Assembly: GCA_965204535.1 (NCBI GenBank)
Contig: OZ241996.1
Coordinates: forward strand, 704,001 to 768,000
From: a bacterium
GTDB taxonomy: Bacteria > UBA8248
Reading direction: 5' to 3'
DNA: 64,000 bases
Of the stretch, positions 50,921 to 60,704 are shown in pieces. The position numbers and the translations under genes are program-made. The notes under the pieces are model-generated. The model searched no databases and had not been told where the DNA came from. It saw only the letters and a list, made by a program, of their open reading frames with translations. Every line of letters starts with the position of its first letter. Positions within the stretch are counted from its first letter, which is position 1.

Positions 50921-51406
50921 ATGCGTTATCTATTTATTGTTTTATGTCTGATTCTTCTTCCCACCCCTGCATTTCCAAATGAGCAATTGGATATAGAAGC
51001 AGTCGAGAAACATTTGCAGCTTGAAAAAGAAGCTCTTCAAATTTACAAGCGAGCAAAAAAACGCGCAGAAAATGCGGTTAAAAAATCTTCACTAGGACGC
51101 GAAATTTCACGGCTTCTTGAGGTGCCGAATGATGAAACAAAAAAAATCACGAAAGGCAAACCTGAGCTGAATTTTGACAAATTACGCAAATCACTACGTA
51201 ATATTATGAAAGTTCATGGGGTCGAAAAAAAATTTGCTAAATTTGTTCGTATAATGACATATAAATTCTTTGGCGATGAAATCAGGGAACTAGGTGAAAA
51301 AAAACGAAACGCATTATTGCGTATTTATGAACAACTACGGCTCTCAGATATCGAGCAGGAACTGTCATATCTTGAGGCTGAAATGGAGTTTTTAAAAGCT
51401 CGGTGA
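50921..51406 (+). CDS. Hypothetical secreted helical protein
   Basis: GGGAGG RBS, signal-like MRYLFIVLCLILLPTPAFP. Confidence 0.55.
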   Translation: MRYLFIVLCLILLPTPAFPNEQLDIEAVEKHLQLEKEALQIYKRAKKRAENAVKKSSLGREISRLLEVPNDETKKITKGKPELNFDKLRKSLRNIMKVHGVEKKFAKFVRIMTYKFFGDEIRELGEKKRNALLRIYEQLRLSDIEQELSYLEAEMEFLKAR

Positions 51407-51503
51407 TATGACACATAGGAGATGCGCTACTCCCGGGCAAGCCATGAACCCGGTACCGTACTCGACCAAGGCGGATGCGTTCAGGGTCAAGTCCTACTTG
51501 ACC

Positions 51504-51760
51504 TTACGTAGCCGCCGCAAAGCTCGGAGGACTGTCGAGGTCAGTAGCAAGACTGTCCGCAACCCGCTCGGCCGCGGCCTTCACCGAGTCCCGCGCAAGG
51601 TGTGCGTAGCGGGCAGTGGTCTGGACTTTGCGACGGCCGAGGAGCTTGCCGATCATCGGCAGGCTTTCGCCGACGGAGAGCGCCCGCGAGGCGTAGCTGT
51701 GCCGCAGATCGTAAATGCGCACGTCTTCCAGTCCCGCCTTTTTGTGGACCACCCCCACGT
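51504..51760 (-). pseudogene. C-terminal fragment of a tyrosine integrase related to the tandem pair
   Basis: AGLEDVRIYDLRHSYASRAL...TTARYAHLARD, with both catalytic His residues substituted. Confidence 0.85.
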
Positions 51761-51951
51761 CGCGTTCAGGTTGCTCAGACGGGCGCCGGGCGCGCATCGT
51801 GGAGTTGAAAACCATGTTTCGCCAAGTCGATGCCGATCATGGGGACCTGTTCCATCTCGTTCCTCCCGCAGGGCGGCGAACTATGTCAACTCGCCCAGTT
51901 TGATGGCACCGGGAAGTCGCGTCCACCCCATCGGATACCGCCAGGGCCTCC

Positions 51952-51997
51952 CTGGGATACGCACGAGTTATAATGAATCCGCTTTCTGCTTGATTAC
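51952..51997 (-). repeat. 46-bp integrase-associated motif, copy 3
   Basis: GTAATCAAGCAGAAAGCGGATTCATTATAACTCGTGCGTATCCCAG; 31/36 identical to 24893-24928. Confidence 0.7.
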
Positions 51998-52402
51998 GGG
52001 TTGTGAAAGGCGCATTCCATCAAAAATGGACATATTATTTAATATCAACAAGATAAATGGATTTTTCCGTTGCCGGAAACAGCTTGAAAAATCTAATTTA
52101 TCGGCTCCCTATAATATCTAACAAACCAACAAGCACACCGTCCATGCCTCAAGAATAGGAACGACTGCGGGGGTGCGGGAGACTAGAAAACCGTTACAGC
52201 CCTAGAAAGGAAGAGCAGGTCATTGCAGGCCTCAAGTACTCCTGTGTCGTTTGGCGGTAGGTTGTCGATGATGCTCGATACCTCGCAGTTAATTGTGCCG
52301 GAATCATGCATGAGGTGCTCCAATATGGCATAGTTCTGTAAGGCTACCTGTAAGCCTTTGGATGCCTACGGACTATATTTGCTGCACAGTGAATTTTCAT
52401 AT

Positions 52403-52440
52403 TGCAGTGAATATATGCTATAAATGCGATATTTACTGTA
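52403..52440 (+). promoter_or_regulatory. Inverted-repeat operator enclosing an extended -10
   Basis: TGCAGTGAATAT / ATATTTACTGTA (10/12) flanking TGCTATAAAT. Confidence 0.5.
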
Positions 52441-52461
52441 CAGAAAAAAGGCAGATTGCTG

Positions 52462-53556
52462 ATGCTTGCCGAAAAGGTTGTGGAAAAACAGTTGCTTGAT
52501 CAGTTCCTGGAAGCCCTGCAGGGGCTGCCCGGGGTGCAAGCGGAGTTGGGTTCACTTATACAGCCAAGTGGTCCGGATCGAGAGTATGACGCCCGGGTTG
52601 CTCTTAGGGCGGGCGGGAAGGCTGCCACTCTGATGATAGTAGTGAAGAAGACCCTCTATCCTCGTGATGTGCGACAGATGCTTTGGCAGTTCCAGGCTTT
52701 TGCACGTAGATGGCCGCAATCGGCGGAAGCACGGCAAACGTTGTTCTTCTTAGTGGCCCAATCAATTTCACCTGGAGCCAAAGACCTGCTGAGGGACGAG
52801 CGGGTTGGCTACTATGACAGCGGGGGCAGCCTGTTTCTCCCTGCTCACAACATCTACGTTTACGTGGACAAGCCGCTCTCGAAGACCTTGTCGAAATCCA
52901 TTCGCTCCTTGTTTTCGGGTCGACGTGCGCAGGTGCTGCACGCGCTCCTGATGCGGCATGGCGAGTGGTTCGGAGTCAAGGAGGTCGCGGCGCAGGCGCG
53001 GGTCTCGCCCGCGACCGCCTCGCAGGTGCTGACTGAACTTGAGAAATACGATTGGGTAGTGTCGCGAGGGCAGGGACCGACCAAGGAACGCGATCTTCGA
53101 GAGCCTGGCGCCTTGCTGAATGAATGGGCCAGGCAACTGGCGGTGATGCCGCCACTTGCAATGCGGCGTTACTTTGTGCCCTCGGTGCGTGCGGAGGGGC
53201 TGGTTCAGAAGTTCGCCGAGGTCTGTGCCGCCCGAAAGGCTGAATACGCGCTCACTCACGAGGCGGCAGGGCAACGGTACGCCCCCTTTCTATCGACTTT
53301 CTCCCAAGTGCGTAGCCGGATGATGGCTGGCGCCACCGCAGATGGAGTCCTGGGCGCACTCGATGCCCACATCGTAGACCAGGGTGCAAACCTCATGATC
53401 ATCGAAGTTAAGACGTCCGGCGATTTTTTGTTTCGAGAGCTGGTGGATGGAACTTGGCTGGCGAGTCCTATACAAGTCTACCTCGACCTGATTCGCGGTG
53501 AGGGCCGCGCCAAAGAAATGGCGAAGCACCTTCGCCAGGAAAGGCTCGGATTCTAG
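52462..53556 (+). CDS. Type IV TA AbiEi-like antitoxin / wHTH regulator
   Basis: HTH GVKEVAAQARVSPATASQVL, LLNEW, ASPIQVYLDL...GRAKE. Confidence 0.75.
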   Translation: MLAEKVVEKQLLDQFLEALQGLPGVQAELGSLIQPSGPDREYDARVALRAGGKAATLMIVVKKTLYPRDVRQMLWQFQAFARRWPQSAEARQTLFFLVAQSISPGAKDLLRDERVGYYDSGGSLFLPAHNIYVYVDKPLSKTLSKSIRSLFSGRRAQVLHALLMRHGEWFGVKEVAAQARVSPATASQVLTELEKYDWVVSRGQGPTKERDLREPGALLNEWARQLAVMPPLAMRRYFVPSVRAEGLVQKFAEVCAARKAEYALTHEAAGQRYAPFLSTFSQVRSRMMAGATADGVLGALDAHIVDQGANLMIIEVKTSGDFLFRELVDGTWLASPIQVYLDLIRGEGRAKEMAKHLRQERLGF

Positions 53557-54452
53557 TGGCGAAGCCTACGACACTGCACGGCTACACCAATCAGCACACA
53601 GTCGATTGCGAGCGCGTTCTCGTTACCCTGCTGCGCGGATTAGGCCCCTGGAAAGAGTCGGTAATTCTGGTTGGCGGCTTGACGCCGAGATATCTGGTGG
53701 CGGCCAGACCACCGGCAGTGCCGGCGCATGCAGGGACGCTCGACTTGGATGTCGTCATCGACCTGCAAATTCTGGCCGAAACCGAGGCGTATAACACGCT
53801 CGAGGACAACCTGCGAAGAATGGCGTTCGAGCCATTCAAGAACGACAGGGGCCAGAGGTCCTCATGGCGGTGGCAGACCCGCACCGAACATGGCGCGCTG
53901 ATTGAGTTGGAGCTGCTCGCCGACGCGCCTGAGATCGCCGGTGGCAGGGTTCAGCCGCTGCCTACGGAAGGGACCATCTCCGCGCTCAACATTCCGCACT
54001 CGTCCATTGTCTTCGATCTCCACCGGGTCACGGAGATTCAGGCAAAGCTCCTTAACAGCGAAGCCATCGCCGTCGAAAAAGTCAAGCACGCAAATCTGGT
54101 GAGTTTCACTTGCCTGAAGGCGTTCGCCTTCGATCAGCGCTTCGAGCGCAAGGACGCGCATGACCTGGTCTATTGCATCGAGCACGCGCCCGAGGGTATC
54201 GACAACGTTGCGGAGATGTTCCGCAACACTTTGGAAGGCAGCCACGGCGCAGTGATCCGGGACTCTCTGGCAATTCTTCGCAATCGCTTCGCACAAGACG
54301 ACGAAGTCGAGGGCTATCGCAAGGACGGTCCCGTGGAGGTGGCCCGCTTCGAACTGGGTGAGGGTGACGAAGCCGACCTGCGCGAAGCTCGCATGCTGCG
54401 CCAACGCGAAGTCAGCAATGTGATCGAGCAGCTCCTGGAACGTATCGGTTAG
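53556..54452 (+). CDS. AbiEii-like nucleotidyltransferase toxin
   Basis: LVGGL, H.GTLDLDV, LKAFA...RKDAHDL; translationally coupled to the antitoxin. Confidence 0.72.
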   Translation: MAKPTTLHGYTNQHTVDCERVLVTLLRGLGPWKESVILVGGLTPRYLVAARPPAVPAHAGTLDLDVVIDLQILAETEAYNTLEDNLRRMAFEPFKNDRGQRSSWRWQTRTEHGALIELELLADAPEIAGGRVQPLPTEGTISALNIPHSSIVFDLHRVTEIQAKLLNSEAIAVEKVKHANLVSFTCLKAFAFDQRFERKDAHDLVYCIEHAPEGIDNVAEMFRNTLEGSHGAVIRDSLAILRNRFAQDDEVEGYRKDGPVEVARFELGEGDEADLREARMLRQREVSNVIEQLLERIG

Positions 54453-54486
54453 GAGGCGGTATGACGCTTAAGGCTGTTTTCACGAT

Positions 54487-54513
54487 ACCATCACGGCCCG
54501 CCCGAACGTTTAC
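54487..54513. repeat. Orphan IS66 terminal repeat
   Basis: ACCATCACGGCCCGCCCGAACGTTTAC, one mismatch to the 29276 end. Confidence 0.85.
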
Positions 54514-54528
54514 ACCGACATAACCCCG

Positions 54529-54574
54529 CAGGTCTACGCTGGAGTTTGAATTCCTCCGTTTCCGTTTTGATTAC
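54529..54574 (-). repeat. 46-bp integrase-associated motif, copy 4
   Basis: GTAATCAAAACGGAAACGGAGGAATTCAAACTCCAGCGTAGACCTG. Confidence 0.7.
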
Positions 54575-54950
54575 TTCCTCCAGAAAGCAAATCCCGAACG
54601 AAGTTTCCAAAAACAAATACCCGCAACAGTTTCAACAAACTACAAGGATTCCCCGCTCGTCGTAATTCCCCCACTGCCTGAAACCACGCGAGGCGCGGGC
54701 GGGACTGCCCGGGATGTTAAAGCCGGGCGCTTTCAGTGCGATGAAGGCGATCCTAGTTGTCCTGCTGCAATAGCAGCGGAAATCAAACAGGTAAGTTGAC
54801 GGGCAATTACCGACACGGCTACCGCCAAGATGGCAAATACGGCAGTAACAGAAATTGAGCTATCGCAAACTGTCCCAGTCCCACCCGCTTTTGCGAATGC
54901 AGAAAGAACAAGGTGATTGGAGTGAAGTTTTCGGGACTCAGGAGAAAGTA

Positions 54951-55076
54951 ATGGCACAATTTATTACGTCAATACGGATAAAAAACTTCCGCTCTGTTGT
55001 CGAGCAGACTTTTTCTCTTAGCGACAAAACTCTTTCGATATTCGTAGGTCGTAATGATGTTAGAAAAACGAGCTAA
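54951..55076 (+). pseudogene. N-terminal remnant of an ABC/OLD-type ATPase
   Basis: AGGAG RBS; ITSIRIKNFRS...IFVGRNDVRKT degenerate Walker A, then stop. Confidence 0.65.
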
Positions 55077-55170
55077 GCGCTTAACTTGGAGAGGTAGAGT
55101 CACAAGAGACTTTCGCCCTTGATCCGAATAAAAATACAAAGTGCAATTTACCAAAAATCAAAACTCATAT

Positions 55171-57618
55171 TCAGTCACCTGCCGTACGATTCTTTTCAAC
55201 TCTGCGTAAGCTATCAATGAAGATTTCATTTTTCGTATTGCTTTCCAGTAGCCCCTTCAACGTAGCCCAATATTCGGTTGATACCGAGCAAGCAATCTTC
55301 GAACAAATTTCAAATGCCATCGTCTCTTCCAATTTCTGCCATTTCTCACTCATAATTATCTGAGTTCTGGAAGAATTCAGATCCAAGTCCATGCTTCCAC
55401 AAACATCTACCACTATCAACATTGGGAATGGCCAATTCAGTTTTACCTGATTTTTTTGCATTCTCCACGATTCTGGAAATAGCGTTGTAGGGACTTCAAT
55501 TCCGTGCAACGAAAGCCAAGATTTCGATTTCCAATGACTACTATATAAATTCGACTGCTCTATTATTCCTCCTTCATCTATAGTGATTGATGTCGTAGAC
55601 TCCTTTATTTCATTACTGACCATCCGCAAACTCTTGTCTAAAGAATAATCTTCACCTTCAATCACAATAGACTTGGACGTCATTTCAATACTAGTGGTCG
55701 GCGAGCCATGAGACTCTAATATCGCTACAATGACGGAGCCAACAAATCCTTTTTCTTGATTATCAAAATCTATGTTAAATACTCTAATATTATCATGCTC
55801 ATCCCATGTATGTTCTCTTAGTTGTTCAGCCTTTATTTCCTTAAACGATTTTTCATCTCTTATTTTTTCTTGAGATTCTGTTTCTATTACTATCTTGAAT
55901 GGCGGGTTTGGCAATACGTTTTCAACGGACTTAATGAACTCGTCTTCGCTCAAATTATCCCACGGATTTACGTTTTTTCTGAGGAATAGTTTGGTTGATG
56001 TTCCGGGTATTGTTCGTTGCCCCGGCTTTATCCAAAATATGCTTTCTTGGCCTTCAATAGTAATATTTATCGCGTCACTCGAATCGTGAGGTCCATAAAC
56101 TCTTCGGGTATCTACTACCAATGTATCAGCCACCATAAAGCAAGACAAAATCCCTATGCCAAATCGAGATATTGGCATAAACTTCGCCTTTGCTATTGAC
56201 TTTAGTTCATAAAAATCAGGAGACATATAAAATGACGATCCGACTTTTGAATAGTATGCGTCGATAATATGCTGATCCATTCCAGTCCCATTATCAATTA
56301 TCTCAAGTACGTCTCCATCGGTTTCAGTTGAATATTTTATGTGTATCTCTGGTTCGTATAAATTGCCCCAACTCTTTTCCATAGCGCTTCGCAGCAAACA
56401 AGCGTCGATCGAATTCTGCAATAACTCTCTAAGAGGAACTTCTGGGTCACCATATAATTTCGTGCCCATTAATAAATCTATAACTTGATTTTTACTCAAG
56501 TTGAACTGTGCTTTTTTATAGAGATAAAGCGGCTGACCATTAATACCTTTCTTTGTTTCAATTTTTGATCTATCCACCTTAAAGGGAATACTAGTTGTAT
56601 GTTCTTTTCCTTGGTTTCTATCGAAATCGTTTATTGATGAAATAATATTATTGCAGGCGCTTAACTCCCGATCGATAATGTCGCAAAAATCGTGAATTGA
56701 TGCTTCTATAGCAGGATGTATGCACTTGGCATGAAATTGAATAGATTCCTCACTGATAGACCATGCTTCAATAGCTCTGTGTTTATTCCATTCGTTGATC
56801 GATATCGGATTCCTTACAAACAGATGCGAGAATAAGACTTCCGGTGTTCTCTTTGCGTCGAAATCAAGAATATCTGCAAGCCTCAATATCACGGCGATTA
56901 GTTGCAAATTAGCATATATACCGTCCCCACAAAGATAGTTTCTGTCGAGTTCCAAAAGTGAGAGAGCGTCATTACTGTGACTGAAACAAATTTCTGCAAA
57001 ATCGACAGTTAAATCGACGTCTCTATACCTTATTTTTTCATTCCAATGTTTTTCAATAATGTCCCTTGCTCGTTCGGCATGTGTAGCTCTAATGTAATCG
57101 GAAACAATGTAATTTTTCAGCAAATCCGCTTCGCTATTTTTCCCCTGCGCGATGTACGATTCAATCTGCGAGTTAAGCTCCGGCTTTGACAAATAGAATC
57201 TTTGAAATTTACTGAACTCATCGTTTTCTTCATCTGATAGCGATGGAGATATGTCCCAAACCTTTCTCCATGAAGTTACATCCTTTTCTTTAGCCGCCAT
57301 TCCAATATCATGAAAAAATGCACTAAGTATCAACAACATCAATTCCGGGACTGAGAGTTCTTTAATTTTGCCCGGAGAAAGTAGCTTCTCCATTAACTTT
57401 AAAACACGGAATAGATGGTCGCCATCATGGAGAGTAAATTCTCCCATGTGCATTAGAATCGTCTTGGTTTTCTGGTATGCAAAAGACGTTGCTTCATCAA
57501 CGAGAGATAAGACCTGATTGCCAGGAGAATTGCCCTCACATTTTTCCCTTAATGCGCAGTAAATAGCACTCTTGTGTAATCGCTCTTGTGTTTCCGCTTT
57601 CCAGTCATCGCCACTCAT
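55171..57618 (-). CDS. HD-CE-type HD domain fused to Hsp90-like GHKL ATPase
   Basis: FTLHDGDH, FHDIGM, LRLADILD; LYGDP..LRELLQNSIDA, DNGTGMD, SRFGIGILSCFM; start reset to MSGDDW. Confidence 0.85.
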   Translation of the reverse strand: MSGDDWKAETQERLHKSAIYCALREKCEGNSPGNQVLSLVDEATSFAYQKTKTILMHMGEFTLHDGDHLFRVLKLMEKLLSPGKIKELSVPELMLLILSAFFHDIGMAAKEKDVTSWRKVWDISPSLSDEENDEFSKFQRFYLSKPELNSQIESYIAQGKNSEADLLKNYIVSDYIRATHAERARDIIEKHWNEKIRYRDVDLTVDFAEICFSHSNDALSLLELDRNYLCGDGIYANLQLIAVILRLADILDFDAKRTPEVLFSHLFVRNPISINEWNKHRAIEAWSISEESIQFHAKCIHPAIEASIHDFCDIIDRELSACNNIISSINDFDRNQGKEHTTSIPFKVDRSKIETKKGINGQPLYLYKKAQFNLSKNQVIDLLMGTKLYGDPEVPLRELLQNSIDACLLRSAMEKSWGNLYEPEIHIKYSTETDGDVLEIIDNGTGMDQHIIDAYYSKVGSSFYMSPDFYELKSIAKAKFMPISRFGIGILSCFMVADTLVVDTRRVYGPHDSSDAINITIEGQESIFWIKPGQRTIPGTSTKLFLRKNVNPWDNLSEDEFIKSVENVLPNPPFKIVIETESQEKIRDEKSFKEIKAEQLREHTWDEHDNIRVFNIDFDNQEKGFVGSVIVAILESHGSPTTSIEMTSKSIVIEGEDYSLDKSLRMVSNEIKESTTSITIDEGGIIEQSNLYSSHWKSKSWLSLHGIEVPTTLFPESWRMQKNQVKLNWPFPMLIVVDVCGSMDLDLNSSRTQIIMSEKWQKLEETMAFEICSKIACSVSTEYWATLKGLLESNTKNEIFIDSLRRVEKNRTAGD

Positions 57619-58431
57619 GATGCCCCATTTCCTCCTTAATGTATCTAATTGTAACTGCACATCGTTTTTGTTCGCCGAGCAAACACCGATATGCAACCAT
57701 GCGTAGGGGTGGAGCCTTTCCTTTTGGTATATCAGAGTAGCACAGGCGGCGGCTGAGGGTGATACTTTTCGGACAGGACGTAGCTTGACCAGAGAACGGT
57801 GCCACCCCCGGTCAAAGAATCCCTTGTGGATCCGGTGCGCGGGTATGCAATCTGTGCACGGACGCATGATGCCCCTTAGGCGGCCTGCGTCGGCGCGACC
57901 TAGTTATTGGGATGAGGTGATGAGCCGCCACCTTCCTGGCCCCAAATACGGCCCAACGCTATGTAGGTGGCGGCTTCACTATGCAGGGCGACGACTCCGA
58001 CATGTTGGCGGAGTGGGTTAAGGCTGACTGGCCGCTGCAGGAGGCAGATGTGGTGACATTGTTCACCGCTGACTTCCACTGTTTATGGCACCGATAACTG
58101 ACTGGTGATGTCGACGGAGTGGCAGGCCATCCATATCATTCCGTACAACTTCTTTATCCATAACCCCGCGCTGAAGATCCGGTCGAAGTAAGGAGACGGG
58201 CGAGGGGCGCCGCTCCGGAGAGGTGGGTCGGGCGAGAATCGAACTCGCGCAAACAAATTTGCAGATTCGGGTGACTGTCCGCTTGGCTATCGACCACGGT
58301 GCTTTTCGCATTTTGAACAGCATCCTGTTCAGCCTTAGGTCTAGATACGGAGTCTGGGATATGGGGTGGCTCGTGGAGTTCATTGAGGAGCGGGACGCGG
58401 TTGATGAGGTACCTTATGGCATTGTTCCTAC

Positions 58432-59271
58432 TCAACCTGACCAATCGTAGCGAAGGCGACGCAAAAAAGTTCGAGCGGTCACGAGAGCAACGTGCAGGCG
58501 GAAAGTGCTGTGCTCTTCGTCAGATAGCCCAGGATGTGGCCCCTCTTTGTGAAGCATCTTAAAAAGGCCGTTGATGTAGTTTTTTCCGTCACTCGTCCAT
58601 TCATTTCGTGCGGATGATAGAAAATCGAGCTTTTCTAATAGAGCTCGACGGGACTCGGAAGTCTGGCGTTTTTGTGCTTCTTCCGGGCTAATCGAATGTG
58701 CGATTCCATCGAACAGGCTCTCAATAAATGTCCGAATCTGGCTGTTGGCCGCTGCCCAATCGCCACGAGTATGGGCCTTGACCGCTTGATCCAGATGTCC
58801 CAACGAAATGGTAAAATTCTTTTCTTTGAGAAGTTTTCGTATTTCATCGTCCGCTTCGGGTAATTCCAACTCGGAATCAGCCGGTAGCGCGGACAATAAT
58901 ATCGGACGATCTTCGTCTTGATCGAAAGAAATCACGTAACCGTCACGAGCAAGACCGCGCTTAAAGTCTGTCCTTAAATTTTTATGATAATGAGCAAGCG
59001 GTGGTCTCATAAATGTGAGTGCCTCTCGGACAACTGCTTCACCAAGTGTCATGGAACCGTCAAATGTTTCGATGCTAAAGTTCGGGTTGTTTACAAGAAT
59101 TCTAGCTAAAAGAGCACATTTCTTTTTGACGCTGACCTTGGTGCTTTCGGTGATGTGATTCTCAAGGTTCAATCGTATAATCATTTGATCAAAATCGGCT
59201 TGGGTATGCCCTTCCAAGAGCTCGGTAGCCGCAACTAAAGTTGGTCTCGTAAATTTCATTTCATACCCCAT
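58432..59271 (-). CDS. Hypothetical protein, possible HEPN/Abi-like C-terminal domain
   Basis: HLDQA...W.AANSQIRTFIE helix and late H..GPHPG motif; defence-type context. Confidence 0.5.
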   Translation of the reverse strand: MGYEMKFTRPTLVAATELLEGHTQADFDQMIIRLNLENHITESTKVSVKKKCALLARILVNNPNFSIETFDGSMTLGEAVVREALTFMRPPLAHYHKNLRTDFKRGLARDGYVISFDQDEDRPILLSALPADSELELPEADDEIRKLLKEKNFTISLGHLDQAVKAHTRGDWAAANSQIRTFIESLFDGIAHSISPEEAQKRQTSESRRALLEKLDFLSSARNEWTSDGKNYINGLFKMLHKEGPHPGLSDEEHSTFRLHVALVTARTFLRRLRYDWSG

Positions 59272-59534
59272 AAAATATTTCTATAGTATCAGTCTTTCTT
59301 TCTCCAATCCCTGTTTTCTCCTTCAATTCCCTCATTCTGTTAAGTTGGGGCGTATTTACAAAATGACGAGCATCATTCATGCCTCAATGTTGCGATATAT
59401 AATCTTTTTCACTGATCACATATCCAGCTACAATCTCAATTCCAAGTCTGCAGTCTTTACGCGTTCATACACCACAGATCCACGGTCCTTCTGCCTTGAA
59501 GCAGGCACGTCCAGTTCCTTCTTGTCGCCAGTCT

Positions 59535-60704
59535 CTACCCTCCGTCCAGCAGGTCGGCCGCGATGCTCGCGGCTATCCGCTCCGCGGCCTCGCGCACCGT
59601 ATCGCGCGCGAGATGCGCGTAGCGCGCCGTGGTCTGTATGTGGGAGTGGCCGAGCAGCTTCGCGATGACGGAAAGTCCTTCTCCCAGCGCCAGCGCTCTC
59701 GAGGCGTAGGAGTGACGCAGGTCGTGGATCCGCACGTCGGAGAGCCCCGCCTGCGCCCGGACCTTTCGCCAGACGTGATCGAGCCCGCTCAGGCGCGCGC
59801 CCGGCTTCCTGCCGGGGAAGACCCAGGGATTTCCGGGAAGACGCGGGAGGGCGGCCAGGAGTCCGGCCGCAGCCGGCGGTAGCGAGACCACGCGCGCGCC
59901 CGTCTTCGAGTCCGCCAGCCTCAGTTCCGATTCCCCGAGCGCCACGTCCTCCCAGCGCAGCCCGAGGACCTCCGACTTCCGGCACCCGGTCAGCATCAGG
60001 AGCCTGATGGCGGCCACGGCGCAGGCGGACGCGCCGCCCTCCGCCTCCAGCGCGTCGAGTGCCAATCCCAGGCGTTCGAACTCCGCCTCCGTGAGGAACC
60101 GCTCCCGCCTGCGAAGGGGGTATTTCACGATGGCGCGGCACGGGTTCGTTCCTTCGGGCAAAAGCCCCCAGTCGCCTGCCGCCTCGAACATCGAGGAGAG
60201 TACCCGCAGCGCCGCGTTCGCCGCCGCCGGCGTCTCGTGGAGTCCCCGGTGGAGCGCCGCCGCCTGCGCCCCCTCAAGCGATGCGAGCGGTATCTTCCCC
60301 AGAGCGGGCAATACGTGGGCCCGCAGCGCCGCCCGGACCGCGGCGGCCGTGCGCGGCTTGCACCTCACCTCGACGTGTTCCGCCATGTAGCGCCCGGCGA
60401 GTTCGGCCACGGTGGGGCCGCCGGCGGATCTCACGGGCGCGGCCTCCCCGCCCGCCTTGATCCGCGCGATGAGGAGCGCCGCGCGTCTTCTCGCCTCCTC
60501 GGAATGGATCACGCCGTGGCGCCCTACCGTCACCCGCCTGGGTCCCTCGGGCCCCCGCGCCTGCGCGATATACACCTTGCTCCCCGTGGAGTAGACACGT
60601 ACGCCGAAGCCGGTGAGCTCCTTGTCCCAGAACACCGTGTCCTTGTGGACCTCGAGTTTCCCCACCATCCGGTTCGAAACCGTTTTCATTGCGGGCTTCG
60701 TCAT
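59535..60704 (-). CDS. Tyrosine recombinase/integrase with Arm-DNA-binding domain (second of pair)
   Basis: FWDKELTGFGVRV; R (TGCRK), K (DSKTG), HDLR, LGH, TTARY all intact. Confidence 0.95.
   Translation of the reverse strand: MTKPAMKTVSNRMVGKLEVHKDTVFWDKELTGFGVRVYSTGSKVYIAQARGPEGPRRVTVGRHGVIHSEEARRRAALLIARIKAGGEAAPVRSAGGPTVAELAGRYMAEHVEVRCKPRTAAAVRAALRAHVLPALGKIPLASLEGAQAAALHRGLHETPAAANAALRVLSSMFEAAGDWGLLPEGTNPCRAIVKYPLRRRERFLTEAEFERLGLALDALEAEGGASACAVAAIRLLMLTGCRKSEVLGLRWEDVALGESELRLADSKTGARVVSLPPAAAGLLAALPRLPGNPWVFPGRKPGARLSGLDHVWRKVRAQAGLSDVRIHDLRHSYASRALALGEGLSVIAKLLGHSHIQTTARYAHLARDTVREAAERIAASIAADLLDGG

Noticed and set aside
57619-57867. 82-aa N-terminal extension of the HD-CE ORF
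   Set aside because: AAGGAGG precedes the internal Met at 57618, and the extension looks non-coding.
58063-58444. Short ORFs overlapping the end of the 58432 gene
   Set aside because: Possibly a degraded partner gene, but no recognisable motif supports a call.
42420-59400. Integron-type attC cassettes among the AT-rich genes
   Set aside because: Hairpins exist (e.g. 46335-46385) but I found no consistent RYYYAAC/GTTRRRY pairs, and the integrases are Arm-type rather than IntI-type.
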